From positions 5,580,001-5,644,000 of the forward strand of contig CM075991.1 in the NCBI GenBank assembly GCA_038087875.1: a DNA stretch of 64,000 nucleotides. The letters are read 5' to 3'. Position numbers and translations under genes: made by a program. Below the pieces are notes generated by a model, which was not told the DNA's origin, searched no databases, and worked only from the letters and a program-made list of their open reading frames with translations. The first letter of the stretch is position 1. Each line of letters starts with the position of its first letter. The stretch is from Malacoraja senta. Its lineage: Eukaryota. Below are positions 63,788 through 64,000 of this stretch, one piece after another.

Positions 63788-64000
63788 TTAATTTAACGGC
63801 GATTGTGATCCTCTCCCGGGGAAAATGTGGTCTCTCCAAATGCATCACCCGTTACCTAGTGGGAATGGCAACAGCGGATCTAATGGTAGTTGTCATTGTT
63901 GCTGCCATTGAACAAGTTAATTACATATACGTTTACGCTAGTTCCTTGCTCATTGCACCGGTTTGCGCTCTGACACTAATACTAAGGGTTGTAACAATCG
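63788..64000 (+). CDS. GPR139-like class A GPCR, coding exon 2 (TM1-TM3, runs off the window)
   Basis: ctaac branch point, poly-T tract, ttgcag| acceptor; in-frame splice gives ...GIP-VNLTAIVILSRGKCGLSKCITRYLVGMATADLMVVVIVAAIEQVNYIYVYASSLLIAPVCALTLILRVVTI with TM1 Asn, TM2 Asp and TM3 Cys; no stop. Confidence 0.9.

Overview
Eukaryotic, repeat-dominated vertebrate DNA. The repeat families (HE1-like V-SINEs, HER1/CR1-type LINEs, Penelope-derived short elements, shark-type Tx1) and a GPR139-like receptor gene suggest a cartilaginous fish, probably a skate or ray (inference). A 200-N scaffold gap at 47945-48144 splits the window. The left part is AT-rich and CpG-poor, looks intronic or intergenic, and holds many decayed LINE/SINE/Penelope fragments, several TAAT-rich blocks that may be conserved non-coding elements, one candidate 46-nt exon and a full-length decayed Gypsy element (38086-44147). 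That Gypsy carries a nested L1 with a 5' inversion. The right part is richer in CpG and densely packed with transposons: a two-LTR BEL/Pao element with a 5-bp TSD and no integrase (50067-55787), a Harbinger-like MITE and a second decayed Gypsy. It ends with the first two exons of the only clear host gene, a GPR139-like class A GPCR (from 62742, running off the window). Most notable observations: (i) the BEL element has no tRNA primer-binding site, but an 11-nt sequence abutting its 5' LTR is complementary (10/11) to a sequence inside the LTR, the geometry of Tf1-type self-priming; (ii) an L1 with twin-priming-type inversion outside mammals; (iii) a family of tiny TSD-flanked Penelope derivatives, several of which retain a hammerhead-ribozyme core. 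All family assignments are from motif recognition, not database searches.
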